From Saccostrea echinata (lineage: Eukaryota), in contig NW_026889803.1 in the NCBI RefSeq assembly GCF_033153115.1, forward strand, positions 2,046,001-2,110,000: a stretch of 64,000 nucleotides of DNA. Reading direction: 5' to 3'. Made by a program: the position numbers and the translations under genes. Under the pieces are notes generated by a model that had not been told where the DNA came from, did not search any database, and saw only the letters and a program-made list of their open reading frames with translations. Positions 1-13,300 of this stretch are shown in pieces. Numbering within the stretch: position 1 is the first letter of the stretch; every line of letters begins with the position of its first letter.

Positions 1-3000
1 TAAAGAATAAAGAAACACAAGTAGTGCTCATCGGAATTCCAACAGTTTGTTGGAAGACCTGGTCTCCGAAGACTACAAAAATGTTTTCAATAAGGAACTC
101 CAGCATCCTTTTAATTAAATTCAGAGTACATTTGTGTAGAGTTATTTTTAACAAAGTAATTTTTTTTTTTGATAACCAATCACAAGATGTGAAAATTTCC
201 AAGTTCCATCCATTTTTATTGAAGAAGCAGTTTCTATGATATCAAAAAGCCTAGTTCTTCATTTATCATAAGGATTATTTGTAGAAAGTTTAGAAAAGTG
301 GTACTTTTTGATGTTACTGAATTTCGAAAAAAATGGTGATTTTCAATTTTCTAAAAGTTCTTAAAAAATTTTTAAAAATTCACGACTGTTTTACGTCACT
401 TTTAGAATATGCTGTAGCGCAGTACGTCTGAAGTTTCTCCTTTACAGCAGTTACATGTAATATTTTATAAGGAGTAAAGATAGGGGTTTGTTAGAGCATT
501 TTCTGAGCCCTACAATGTACGAGAGTTGACCCAAAAGTAATGTTACAACTGATATATAATCTTTAATATTCAAATGTTGATAATAAGATTTGACATACCA
601 ATACCTCTATCAATACCTCTGTCTTTTTTATTTCTGCTTAAGATTTCATTCGATTGTATAAAGGAATTTGTAAAATAAGAAGATAAACACAACCTTGGGT
701 ACGGTAGAAATGTTACCGACATCGTCATAGTGTTACACAGACAAAAGTGGCTCACACACACACACACACACACAAAAAAAAAGACAAGTAAAATTTATTT
801 AAAAACTTCCAATTTCGAAATAACTTTCATATGAATTTTACATGAAGAGCATTTCGCATAAATACAGTGCAAAGAGAAATTCACAAAAAATATGTAAATA
901 TCGTACAAACCAATTCAAATAATATTCGCATAAGAAATATTTATATATTTTTTACATGATTTTCACACAATTTTCAAATAAAAAGAAACTAACTTGAATA
1001 TCATGTGTATCACTTTTCCCTGTGTATCTTTCGGCACTCACTTTCAGTTCATCCGCATATCTTTTAAACCTTTCAGATGCTTCTTTTTAAAAATCAATAC
1101 TGTCATTTTGCTTTAAATGCCTTGTTATGAGTTGTAGTAAATTAAAATTATCTGAACTTTGTCCAAATGTTATTTTTAAATTCATTTCTTTTGTGTAGAT
1201 CTTATGTATCATTCATTTGTGAACAGGGCATATCCATTCATATCCATTCAAAAATTTCAAGGGAACCGAGTAAAGTTTAGTGCGAATGTGATGAAGACCT
1301 AATTGTTTGCTGACGTAATGTAAAAGTAAATCAAAAGAGAAATACAAAGAATATTTTTGTGTGGTATTTTTTATTGATTTCACGGAGGTGGCATGCTTTC
1401 TATCACTGTTTTCAAATCATCTAAAAGATGGGAATTCAATTTCTATGCATCACAGATATGTATGTGTCGATTTTCTATGTCGTAGAATTAAACTAATATA
1501 AAACAGACGAATGCTCATAAAACCTATTTTCAAATGTGATATACTACAGTAATGTCAGTAATGGTTCGAATTTTCAGAAATATAACTTTTTTTTAACTTT
1601 AACGCTTTGAGAATACTTTACGTGTAACTTGCAAAATTACAATTTTATTAATTAAATGTACTGGGTATTTAGAATTTCTTACAATTTATATTGTTCGTAT
1701 GAAAGGATAGACTCATAGAATGTTGCATCAGTTTAAAAAAAAAAAGTAAATTAATGGGGAAATTTCATATGATATTATAATTTTCGGCTCGTTTTATGAA
1801 AAAGAAACGGAAATTGAGAATTTACAAAAAAAAATATATCAATGAGATTTGAAGGAAATATACATGATGATACTTATTTAAATCATATCAAATAAATTAT
1901 AAAAACTGAGATATGTACAGGAACGCTCGCTTGAATCACCTACTAACTCCAAAAATTTACTGAGAAACATTTCGTTGTTGCCAAACTAGAGCCAAGCGCA
2001 AAGGTTTCAAAAATAACCCGTAATTGAATAGATTTGCTAGTTTATGAAATAGAAAAATCCTTCTAAAACTTTTCTATATTTTTTTAAAGGAAAGAATTAA
2101 ATTTCTTTGCTGGAATGCACTCCAAGTATAAGGTTATTATAAGTCTTTCTTAGGAAATGTCCTTTGTCGGTAGAAGATACCGTAAACATAAATGACTGTA
2201 TGATTACATCATCCTCCAGAAACCTCTACCCAGATCCAGGGAAATTCTAATGACAAATCTTCTTCGCTTCGTGTTTCTTCATCAGGTGGTGGTTTTTTCT
2301 TCCAAAGTAACTGGCCAGCATACACCCACAGAAGTAATTTGGGTAAAAAAGTTAAATTTGTCGCAAAAATTGTTCAGTTGATGTTATTCTTTCGAATATA
2401 TTATTTTTGTAATTTATGATTACAAAGGGATTAGGCACAAGTTTCTTTACTTGCACCTGTTGAACGCTTTCTCCCTACTTGTAAATTACATGTTTAAATC
2501 TGGTCATAATTAAACATGCAAATTTGAACTATATATGTATTTGATGTGAATATTTACAATTGCCTGAAGTATTGAAAAACCCTTTTTTTTAAACTATGGT
2601 ACAGGAAAATGAAAAAAAATTATATGAAAGATACGCTAAACTAAATAATTTTTATGAGATAGAATTTTGTATTTTTCAGATAGTTTTATATTTTAAAGTG
2701 CTATATTGTTTACAAGACATTCGTGTAAATAGTATTAAGTATAATTATCCTGATATTCAGTTCCCATAGAAAACATTTATCATCAGTGTATGTACATTTT
2801 AATGAATTTTTGTCTAAAATGAAAACGATAATTTTTCAATGCAATCTCGTTATCTTTTCAATACATACTTTTCAATACATACATCTATAATGATGTTTTC
2901 TTTAGGCAACATATGAAAAATTAAAATCATTTTAATGAGAATAATATTCAATCTGCTTGAAGATATCTTTGATAGCAGGTACAACATATGATTGTTAATT

Positions 3001-5934
3001 TGAATTACATAAATAGTGGAATGTTTGTTAATCATCTATATCAAATCCTGTTGTATTTTTTCCTTACATTTAATTATACACTTTCCATTTACCTTGAAGA
3101 TCTTCCTTTTTTGAAATGCAGGGATCTAATTTAAAACCGTATCACAAGAATAATCGGATTTATGTAGTGAATGCGTTATAAATCCATTTATCACAGCGCC
3201 CCACGTGGAAGGATGCGCGCGCAATATATGCGCAAGCATTTGTACATTCCATTCTCACACCATTTCCAAATGTTGCACGTTTAGGGTTTGCTGTGAATTT
3301 TTAAGAAAATTTAGAATATTGCACAATGACATTGTCAAAAGACTGTGGTGTACAAAGACAAGGTTTTTCTGATTGTTTGCACTAATTGTACCGTTAGTGT
3401 ACTTCAACATGCTAGAGTTTTTGACTTCGCGCCGAAAGGGCTGTAAGGAGCGTATGGACGTTAGCCGAGGCTCTTACTTGTAGGAGTATCGTTGCTGTAA
3501 ATATTGACAAAGATGTCCACAACATCTATAGTCGCCAAAGCCAAACAAGGCATTACAAAATGGAGAGAGAGAATAACGTCAATACCAGCAATGAGGAGGA
3601 CATGCATAATACTACTACTACACACAGCACAAACGGTATGTCATCTTGTATGCCTACATCAATTATTAGTATAATGTTTTCACTGTTGTATCAATTACAT
3701 TTAAAAAAAAAAAAAAATGCACAAGAAAATACTAAATGTTCAGTTAATCGATCATTCTGTTAAAATCAGTGGGAAAAGGCAAAGAATAAGCTAATCATTA
3801 CAATTGGTTTTAGTGTATTTAGTAGAATCTAAATTTAAGCACACCCTCTTCAACCACAGAGTTTAGAGCAATATAAATATAATTATGCACACGTTAAGAC
3901 TGGGTTCCATAAAACTCCCATTGACTTGAATTAATTTAACCTCATACTCTTAAGATCACGCACTCGGCATCGTCGGTCATTGTTCCGATGTTGTAAGCGC
4001 CCGAGTATATACTTCATGGAGCCTTAAGGCTATAATAATAAGACTAATTTATTTATTCACCAATCAATGAGCTTTGAAAGGGGGGCATATATATATATAT
4101 ATATATAATTTATAAAAACAATACAATTACGTTTATAGCAAGTAATGGCTGCATTACGTGCAATATTAACCTGATCCTCACTTGCAATATTTAACTGTCC
4201 TCGCTAGCATCCCTCATACAATTGCAAGACTAGTGTTTCGATGCCAAATATCGTTACTTATTGTGTATATATGTGCACATTGTTATAAAATATGTATTTT
4301 AAGCTTGTTCTCCCTTCGATTAACATCTTCGTGTCCGTCCTCAACAAATCAGCAACCCCGGCCTGGGGAACAATTTTTGAAAGAGAAAGCCTTAAATTCC
4401 GTTACTCCTAGGCATTCAATTAATAAACATCGGTCATTCTTAAGTAAATATTAAACTACTTCCAATATTTATGCATGTCATGTTCCACCAAAGCAAGAAT
4501 TAGGCGATGAGTTGAGAAATGGTTTTAATTTAATTTAGGGCGCATGGAGTGAAGAGCAAATTAATTAATTAATTAATTGAAATTAATTTCAGTAGATCTG
4601 TATCAAGACAAATTCAGTATATGTTGCTGAGTGAAATAGCTATGGGCGAATGGCTGTTCCTTTTTCCTTAACACCTCTATCAAAACTAGGCCCATAAATC
4701 ATGGAGGGGGATCAATATCCACATAACAATAAACCAAAAATTTTATAGATTGAGGGCCATAATCGGTATGATAGCACCATTGACAAGATCTTTACCTGGC
4801 AAAATGGATACAAAAAATCGTTTTTAGACTATTGTCTAGAAAACCAGATGATTTTTTGCGTACTTGGCTTCGAATAACTACTATGTCAAACGCCTTCCAT
4901 TTGTTGTTACACATCGTCACAAATAAATAAATAAATGAAGCGATTAATAAATTAATTAAACACAAATGAAATATTATCTTTTTTCACTCGTCAGGTCACA
5001 ACCTGGTTCGAAATATGAAACGCATTTATTTATCTTGATGTCTTTCTGTTTTGCAAGTTCAGCTCACGCCAACATTTGCTCAAAATTGATGACACGTTTG
5101 GCGATTTTGGTCAGCATTGGGAATTCTTCAATGTGTTGAACATTTGTTCCCGTCACAAAAATTAATTCATCTGGGTTTGGAAATTGATACATGTCAAGTT
5201 TGTATTCTGACGAAAAGCTAATTAAACCTAAGATTTTGCTGATAGGAAGGGCCAATAAATCTTAAAAGTCACTTCAAATGAAATGCAATTCTTTCAGTGC
5301 CGTCTTACCGCTCTGTTACCAGCGTTCCCACGATGCAATGATTGGCATAAAAAATGCAGCAACTTTTCTTTTGTATAAAGACCATTTGTTTTTATGTCAT
5401 TTAAATTTTGAATCACTTTATATTTATTTCTTTACGATATGGCTGATTAAGCAGTAATATTCTTTAGCTGAGCACGGTAAGCTCAGACGGAAGGCATACT
5501 GGCTGCGGGAAAGCCAGCATATGATTATACACCTATAGTTGTAGTAAAGTTATTTTGGTTACGATTAGATCACACAACTTTATAAACAGACGTCAAAATA
5601 TGTAAGATCTATACAGTTTGATTTGATGTTTAGTATATTTATAAATGACTTATACACGTTTTTAGATTTTACCTTATTAAATTGAGATCTCCATCTTAGA
5701 ATTACTTGATCACACTTCACATGTTATCATCACGGAAGTACTATTTCATTTATCAATATTACTTACATATACAGTGTCAAATTTTACAATATACAAATAC
5801 ATGTATAGATTATTTAGTATGTATACACATAAATTTTTTGTACTGTTTGTAATTGTAGAAATCATGCTTGTTGTGATGCCTGAAAGGGCCCTGATTTGGA
5901 AATAAAGAATCTTATCTACCATACTATCATCATC

Positions 5935-5936
5935 AA

Positions 5937-5975
<39 letters not shown>

Positions 5976-5977
5976 AT
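5935..5977. repeat. (AATA)n microsatellite
   Basis: Direct reading. Confidence 0.95.
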
Positions 5978-7111
5978 AGTGTATTCCATCTCATGTTCTC
6001 ATTAATGTTAATATGTATCCAACAGTAGATAATTAACTATCTTTAGTAAGAAAACCTTTTTTATACTAAGCACTTTAAGTTTAAACTCGGCACTGCATAA
6101 GTACAACCTCGTTATATAAAACGAGTACTTTCATCACGTAGGCGTTAAACTGCAGGGGGGGGGGGGGGGCAGTAGGGTAATGAGACACAGTTACTCTCTG
6201 TATTGTTAATTATTAGTCATGCACCATTGTTTACGAATTAGAGCAAACATTCCTGGTAATTTATTATTTATATTAACCTTAAACTAGATGTGTTGCGTCT
6301 CAATATAAATATATGCACTATACATGTAAATTATATTCTTTTAGAACTTGAAAAGCTACTTACTTTCATGCGAATCAATTCAATTATTTGGAAGAGAACA
6401 ATTTAAATGTTATCATTCATAGATTATAAACCCTACAGGTCAATAGAATAAGAAAGACATTTGAACTTTTTCTCTAGATATTTGGTTCATCTGTTCATTT
6501 TAATCACAGGCTTCTATAGCAGTAAATTTTAGTATGTTGTAACAAAGCAAGAGAGGAATGTGCTAGAATGGAGTTCCTAATCCGATAGTCTATTGCGGGG
6601 CAAATGACCTTGGCTGTGTAAAGATATGCATTGATAAAACTGCCGAATCCTTAAATAAGTTCAGTAAAGTTAACTATAGGGTCGTTTCCAGATGTGATGG
6701 GAAGTTCGATCAGGAAAAAGATCGCAAAAGTAATTAACTCAGTTACCAAGCATAATTAATCTAGTTACAACAGAGGATATTTTATATATACAATTCGTCT
6801 GGCAGTAAGCTAAAATTTTTAAAAGCGGGCTTAAAAACATAGTGAACTGCCAACTTGATTTAATATTATCATTTATAGTAGTAGTAGTATCATTGATATA
6901 TATTGTGGGGGTCACGGCTGGTTTTGTGAGTAGAGTGTTAAGCTACCCCCACGTTTGTGGCGGCGTGCATATTACATGAGTAACTATGCACGTTTGGCGG
7001 ATTTAGCTTAACACACTTCATCTCGACTAGCGCCGCTGTGAACAGGGCGCAGCTGCAACATAATTATTTTGACAACTGGTCAATGGAAAACAATTGACAG
7101 AACATTGATTA

Positions 7112-8995
7112 ATTGAAATATTGTTTGGCTTAAACATAAACTTACTACAATTCATTGAATTGAGTGAGTATTGATTGATTGAACATTGATTGATTGAACA
7201 TTGATTGATTGAATATTGAAACATTGATTGATTGAACATTGATTGATTGAATATTGATTGATTGATTGAATATTGATTGATATTATTGAAAATGGATTGA
7301 TTCATTGGACTGAAACTTTTTGATTGATTCAACTGAATATTCATTAATTGATTGGATATTCATTAATTGAATTGATAAATTTATTGATTGATTGATTGAT
7401 TGAACTTGATATTGATTGATTCAATTGAATATTGATTGATTGATTGAATATTGTTTTATAAGGCTGGCGCACCGCAAAATTTGGAAAGCAAACGCCAGTC
7501 TTATAGTGTAAAAAATGACATGTGTTCAGTTAATATTGATTGATTGATTGATTGTTTGCTTTGATTGGAGGTGTGCCAAAAACCAATTGGGTCGGCACCC
7601 ACTGAACACATGTATCTTAAATAATTGATCTGCAACCAGCCGTGGCCATATGATGCCAAATTTAATAAATAAATAATTAAGAAATGGTGTCACTTGTTTT
7701 TTAGTGGTAGTCTGTGATAATCGGATTTATGTAGTGAATGCGTTATAAATCCATTTATCACAGCGCCCCACGTGGAAGGATGCGCGCGCAATATATGCGC
7801 AAGCATTTGTACATTCCATTCTCACACCATTTCCAAATGTTGCACGTTTAGGGTTTGCTGTGAATTTTTAAGAAAATTTACCCGCCCTTCCACACCCCAT
7901 ATTACTTTGAGTTGTTTTCTGCGCCGAGTTCTTTTCATTTCAGAGAAAGAGGCCTAAGGAGCCAAGCTGTCAATCATTCTAAGACCTTGCCTTAGTCATG
8001 ACCGGCCAAAGCTGCCATTCCTTGCCATACAGTGATGAATGCTATCGTGATGGACACTTCCAAGTACCAGAAGGAAGGACTTCGCTCACCCAATCGTATT
8101 GGCTTATTGACTCTAAACAGGGTGAAGCTGCAACACAATAACTATCGATCAAGGACTAGATAACACCCATCGTCACGGCTGGTCATCTTATTATGCGGAC
8201 AGTATTGTCTCTGTAATTAACAGAGCGAAGAGCCAGTTGGAGAGATACATCGAATAGCGCTTAACACAAATCATCTTGACACGCGTCGCTGTTAACAGGG
8301 CGCAGCTGCAACTTGATTATGTGGATGACTTATCGATGGAAAACAATTAATTGACTTGATAATTAACACAGAACATTGATTAATTTATTGAAATATTGTT
8401 TGGCTTAAACATAAACTTACTACAATTCATTGAATTGAGTGAGTATTGATTGATTGAACATTGATTGATTGAACATTGATTGATTGAATATTGAAACATT
8501 GATTGATTGAACATTGATTGATTGAATATTGATTGATTGATTGAATATTGATTGATATTATTGAAAATGGATTGATTCATTGGACTGAAACTTTTTGATT
8601 GATTCAACTGAATATTCATTAATTGATTGGATATTCATTAATTGAATTGATAAATTTATTGATTGATTGATTGATTGAACTTGATATTGATTGATTCAAT
8701 TGAATATTGATTGATTGATTGAATATTGTTTTATAAGGCTGGCGCACCGCAAAATTTGGAAAGCAAACGCCAGTCTTATAGTGTAAAAAATGACATGTGT
8801 TCAGTTAATATTGATTGATTGATTGATTGTTTGCTTTGATTGGAGGTGTGCCAAAAACCAATTGGGTCGGCACCCACTGAACACATGTATCTTAAATAAT
8901 TGATCTGCAACCAGCCGTGGCCATATGATGCCAAATTTAATAAATAAATAATTAAGAAATGGTGTCACTTGTTTTTTAGTGGTAGTCTGTGATAA
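7112..8995. repeat. ~610-bp near-identical direct repeat (7112-7720 / 8387-8995) containing a degenerate (ATTG)n microsatellite
   Basis: Direct sequence comparison. This repeat explains the duplicated NQS-rich spurious ORFs. Confidence 0.9.
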
Positions 8996-9535
8996 ATAGG
9001 TATTTGGAAGTAAACTATTGGTGGAATTTTGTTGATATTTCTGTCTGGGACATAATTTTTCGGACTTCAATGTTTGAATACAAATAAAATGCTCTGATAC
9101 AATTCCATTCCAATAAGGAATTCTTCTCAGAAGAATAGATGTGTAGGAGATAGGAATGAAAGATGATCCTGTGCAGGATGAGATCGCGTGTGTTTGTGTC
9201 AACATGTTGGACGGTCTTTTAGATTACCACTTTCTATACCAATCAATTTTCGCCTAGGTTTAGTTTGTTCTCTGACACTTCAACAGAAAATGTGAGTCTT
9301 TATATTCAGATTAAGAATTTTGACGTTCGATACCTGATGTAACTTGACCACCTGGACTATTGAACTATACTAAGCAGTAAGTGACAGTATTTTTTCCATT
9401 AATTACTTTAAATCAACTGAAAACATCCTTTTAACCATTTTGAAGCCACTCGACGATTGTATCCGATCCACTGCAAAAGAAAAAAACCCAGTTACTATAG
9501 TGTCATTAGATGTAAGTTGTGTATGTGTCTATATA

Positions 9536-10250
9536 TTTTTAAGCGGAGGGTATATGATGAAGGTGTCCGTCCTTCCGTCCGTCCATAACACTTGGAGGTA
9601 CAAATCTCTTATGCGCAACTCCTCCTCTACCACTGATAAATTTAATGAAATTTTCACAGAATCTTTATAACAAAGTGCCATTGTGACTTCCTACTCTATT
9701 TTTCGATCGGACAGATATTTGAGGTTTCCGCGAGCAAAACATGGGCACTGTCATTTTTTCTGTAACTTGAGGGTACCTATCTCTTATCCGCAACTCCTCC
9801 TTTATTGCTGGATAAAATTTGATGAGACTTTCATAGAAACTTTATTACATAGAGCCATTGTGACCTTTTATATTTCGTGTCGATCAGACCGATATTTGGA
9901 TTTCCCATAGCAAAACCTGAACCCTACTGTTCTTTCTATGATATTTGGGGTACCCATCTCTTTCTCTGTAACCCCTCTTTACCAATTAATAAAATTTAAT
10001 GAGGTTTACACAGAATCTTTAAATTATATTGTCATTGTGCACTTTCTATTTTATGTTCTAATTGGACAGATATCTGGGGTTTCTCGTAGCCAAAAAATGA
10101 CTGCCATTATACTCATATGGGAGGTGGAAAATCATTTTGTGAGCTCAATGCGCAGTTACTCTAGTTCCTTTATATTACTGATTCTTCAATCATACTGTCA
10201 AAAATTACTTTTCATTTATCTAAAATTCTATCTACATGTAGTGTGCGATA
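9536..10250 (+). mobile_element. Degenerate Helentron-type element with ~176 bp repeats
   Basis: A GTCCGTCC tract followed by units ATCTCTTATxCGCAACTCCTCCT at ~9604, 9781 and 9956. Confidence 0.6.
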
Positions 10251-10386
10251 TCTAGAAAATGAACGTAAAACAAAATGAAATTTTGATGAGATATCACAAC
10301 TAGGTACGTAAATCATTATACTAGTTTAAATTTATAATAGTTTGTTCAAAAGCATTACCAAGAACAGATAATTTCCCAAAAATTAC

Positions 10387-13300
10387 TCAGCAATTACTAC
10401 CTAATTTGTGTTTTCTGAGGACAGGGTTAGATCCTCTGCCCTCGTGTACAGTTTCAGTCAAGGGTCCTTGTGATTCCGTCTGACCAGCATTAAAATAAAC
10501 GTCTTCCAACTTGTTGCAAGACTTCTTTGATGTAGTACGATGATGGCTTCTATGAGAACGATGTGATCGATGCGATCTCATAGAGTTCGTATCATTTGTG
10601 TCCCTCGATGATCTTTGTGATCTAATAGAAGCCGTGTCGTTTGTATCAAGTGAAATATTTCTTTCCGCTAACCTTGACGAAGGTTGTGTATATGCAGAGT
10701 GCACTGAGGAACAACTCGTGCAGTTAGAGGAAGTTCTCAGAAAATCCCGCCTTCTCCTGTGTCGTCTGCAAGATGAACAATAAAGTCGTCCACGAGTTGA
10801 ACCAGATGTTGAGGCAGTTGGCGTACTTGGTTGAATTTCAATCCTAGGGGCCTGTGATGGGGCTACACTTGGTTGAGTCTCATATGAGAAATTCCTGTAA
10901 TAACGAACATCGTCGACATACGACGAAGTTGTATCTGCTGATGATACAGTAGATGACGCAAGTGTTTGTACACTGTCAACTCTTGGAGGAACTGTAGGGT
11001 TTCCGACTGCGGGTTGAGCTGGTGGAAGCAAATGGTTGGCTGGCTCAGATATTGGTGAGGTTGGGTCGGTTGGGATACGAATTGTGTAACGATTTCCACC
11101 TCGTGGACGCATAAATATGGTGTCATAAACACTGTTCATGTTTATATTCTTCCTATATGTGATCATAATAAATTTTAGATATTGTGCACTTTGAAACTGA
11201 GAAATCAAGTTTATTACAAAATCAGACTAGAATTTAAAAATGCTTATTTACAATGTACATGTATGTGTATTTTTGTTCTATTTTACACAATGTAGATGTT
11301 TATCTCTGTTTTTATGAAATGTTTCACTTTTTACAAATTTATTTCACCTAGCTATTAATTTTCGAACGCTGAACAGTTTACCTTTTGCAGAAAATTATGC
11401 TCCCTATGCAGATAAACAATGACATCACAGCCACAGCAACGGATAAACTTGTCCAGATTATTTCCTGTAATCCTTTTGAATCTGCCGAATCAATTGAGTA
11501 CATTTATACATTTTTATCATTGCAGAAATTTCAGGTAATATGACGTCCTTACTTTTCAATGAATTACCTGAAGAGGATTTTTCATTAATTCATAAATCAT
11601 TAATTTCTAGATGATTGATTTCAATTTCAATAAACCTGGTACATAAATGGTTTGGAGCATATAACTAAGTATTTCTATTTATATATTAATTTTTGATATC
11701 ATACCTTCTTCTTTGCCGTTCATAGGATTCCAGCGATCAGCAGTATGTGGAGTAAAAATAGTTTGATATTCCATTTTAACTTCTCTATATTCAACTGTGG
11801 AAACCATTATCGAATATCTTGTATCTGTTAATATAATGTTAATCAAATGTTATTCCATTAATTCTTTTCGATTGCAACTTTAAATCAAACAGCCTATCAA
11901 GTGAAACCCGTGGCTTTCAAACTAATAACTTTGAAGCTAAATATTGATAGTTTTTGAGCAAGAAAGAAATAAAATATTAATTAGCACATGGTAAGAAATA
12001 TTATCGCATATCATGTAAGCTTGTCTCCGTACACGGATTTATATCAGTAACCCTTAGTCATAATGTTTGCCATTCAAGAAAATTAAAGTCCTTTCGGGTG
12101 TAGTTTAGAAATGAAGATTGTGTGATGCCTTATAACTGATTTCCTGGAGGTCACGTGACTCCTCTTTCTCTGTTTTCATTTACTCAGCTACATGTAGATC
12201 AAAACAATTCTAGGAATGAATTCAATTTTTACATTGACTCCTTATAGACAATTTATCAAATTTTCTTATTGTAGAACTTCACATGTGAAATGTGTACGTA
12301 TCAGGTATATATCTTATAAATTACTATAATACAGCAAATGGTTCGAACTCAGAGAAAAATGTGGGTGTTTACATCCCATACATCACATCCTTTGGTTTTG
12401 TTTTCAAAAAAGTTCCATTGACGTATCTTACGAAAAAGACTTCTAAACCTTTACATTTAGGATCACTTCAGAACTTTTTATATAAGAGGACATATGCATA
12501 GTAAGAAGACTTTGCAGTGTTGTAAATATGTAAAAGAATTGGGAAAGTTTCATACAAATTACACACAAATATCATTATCATCATCCCATTTTATGAAAAG
12601 GCAACGAAAAATAACAAATTAAGCTATAAAATCAAATAAATATTTCCCAAGAAAAAATCTTCCTGAATTGTATAATTGTATATGGCTTACCATGCTCACA
12701 GAGAGCTTTGTGGAATTCATTACATTCTGTGTACATCCTCCGAAATTCTTGTCCATGCTTTCTTGCCATTGTGCACTTGACATCTGCTGAATCTTTGAAA
12801 AGAAGCACATGTAATTATTTACTAGTCAAATTGAAATACAGGTATATTGCATTTTAACATACATAATTTGAATTATCAATAATGTCCCTTTAATATTTTT
12901 ATAAATATATAATCTGACAGTATGAGGAATATTGTAAAGAAGCTTATCACATATCTTATATTCTGTAAATAAATTTGATATTTGATTCGCTCATTCAGAC
13001 CAGGAACAGAAGCTTCACAGCCTCTTGAAAGGTTGAAGGGTTTATGTGTATTCATACTTTGTAAAGCAATGTTGTTGATGATAAATTCTTCTCCATCTAA
13101 AAATCTAGATATTTCGTGCCGTAATTTTGCAATCATAGAATAAGTAATGTTGATAATATAGTTGTTCCATCCACAGTATTTTCGTATTGTCACTTCTCCA
13201 TTCGCTATGATAAACAAAGGAAATAATTCTTTAGTTGGAAATATTCTAATAAGTTCCATGATATGCTTCTCATGTTATGTCGTCGGTGGATGTTAATGTT

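Noticed and set aside
4870-5525. Possible Helentron-like element (GCCTTCC/GGAAGGC inverted pair and terminal hairpin CTGGCT..AGCCAG)
   Set aside because: Only short motifs, with no second copy in the window to define boundaries.
7027-8619. Duplicated NQS-repeat ORFs (105 and 79 aa)
   Set aside because: These are translations of the (ATTG)n microsatellite within a direct repeat, with no splice or domain support.
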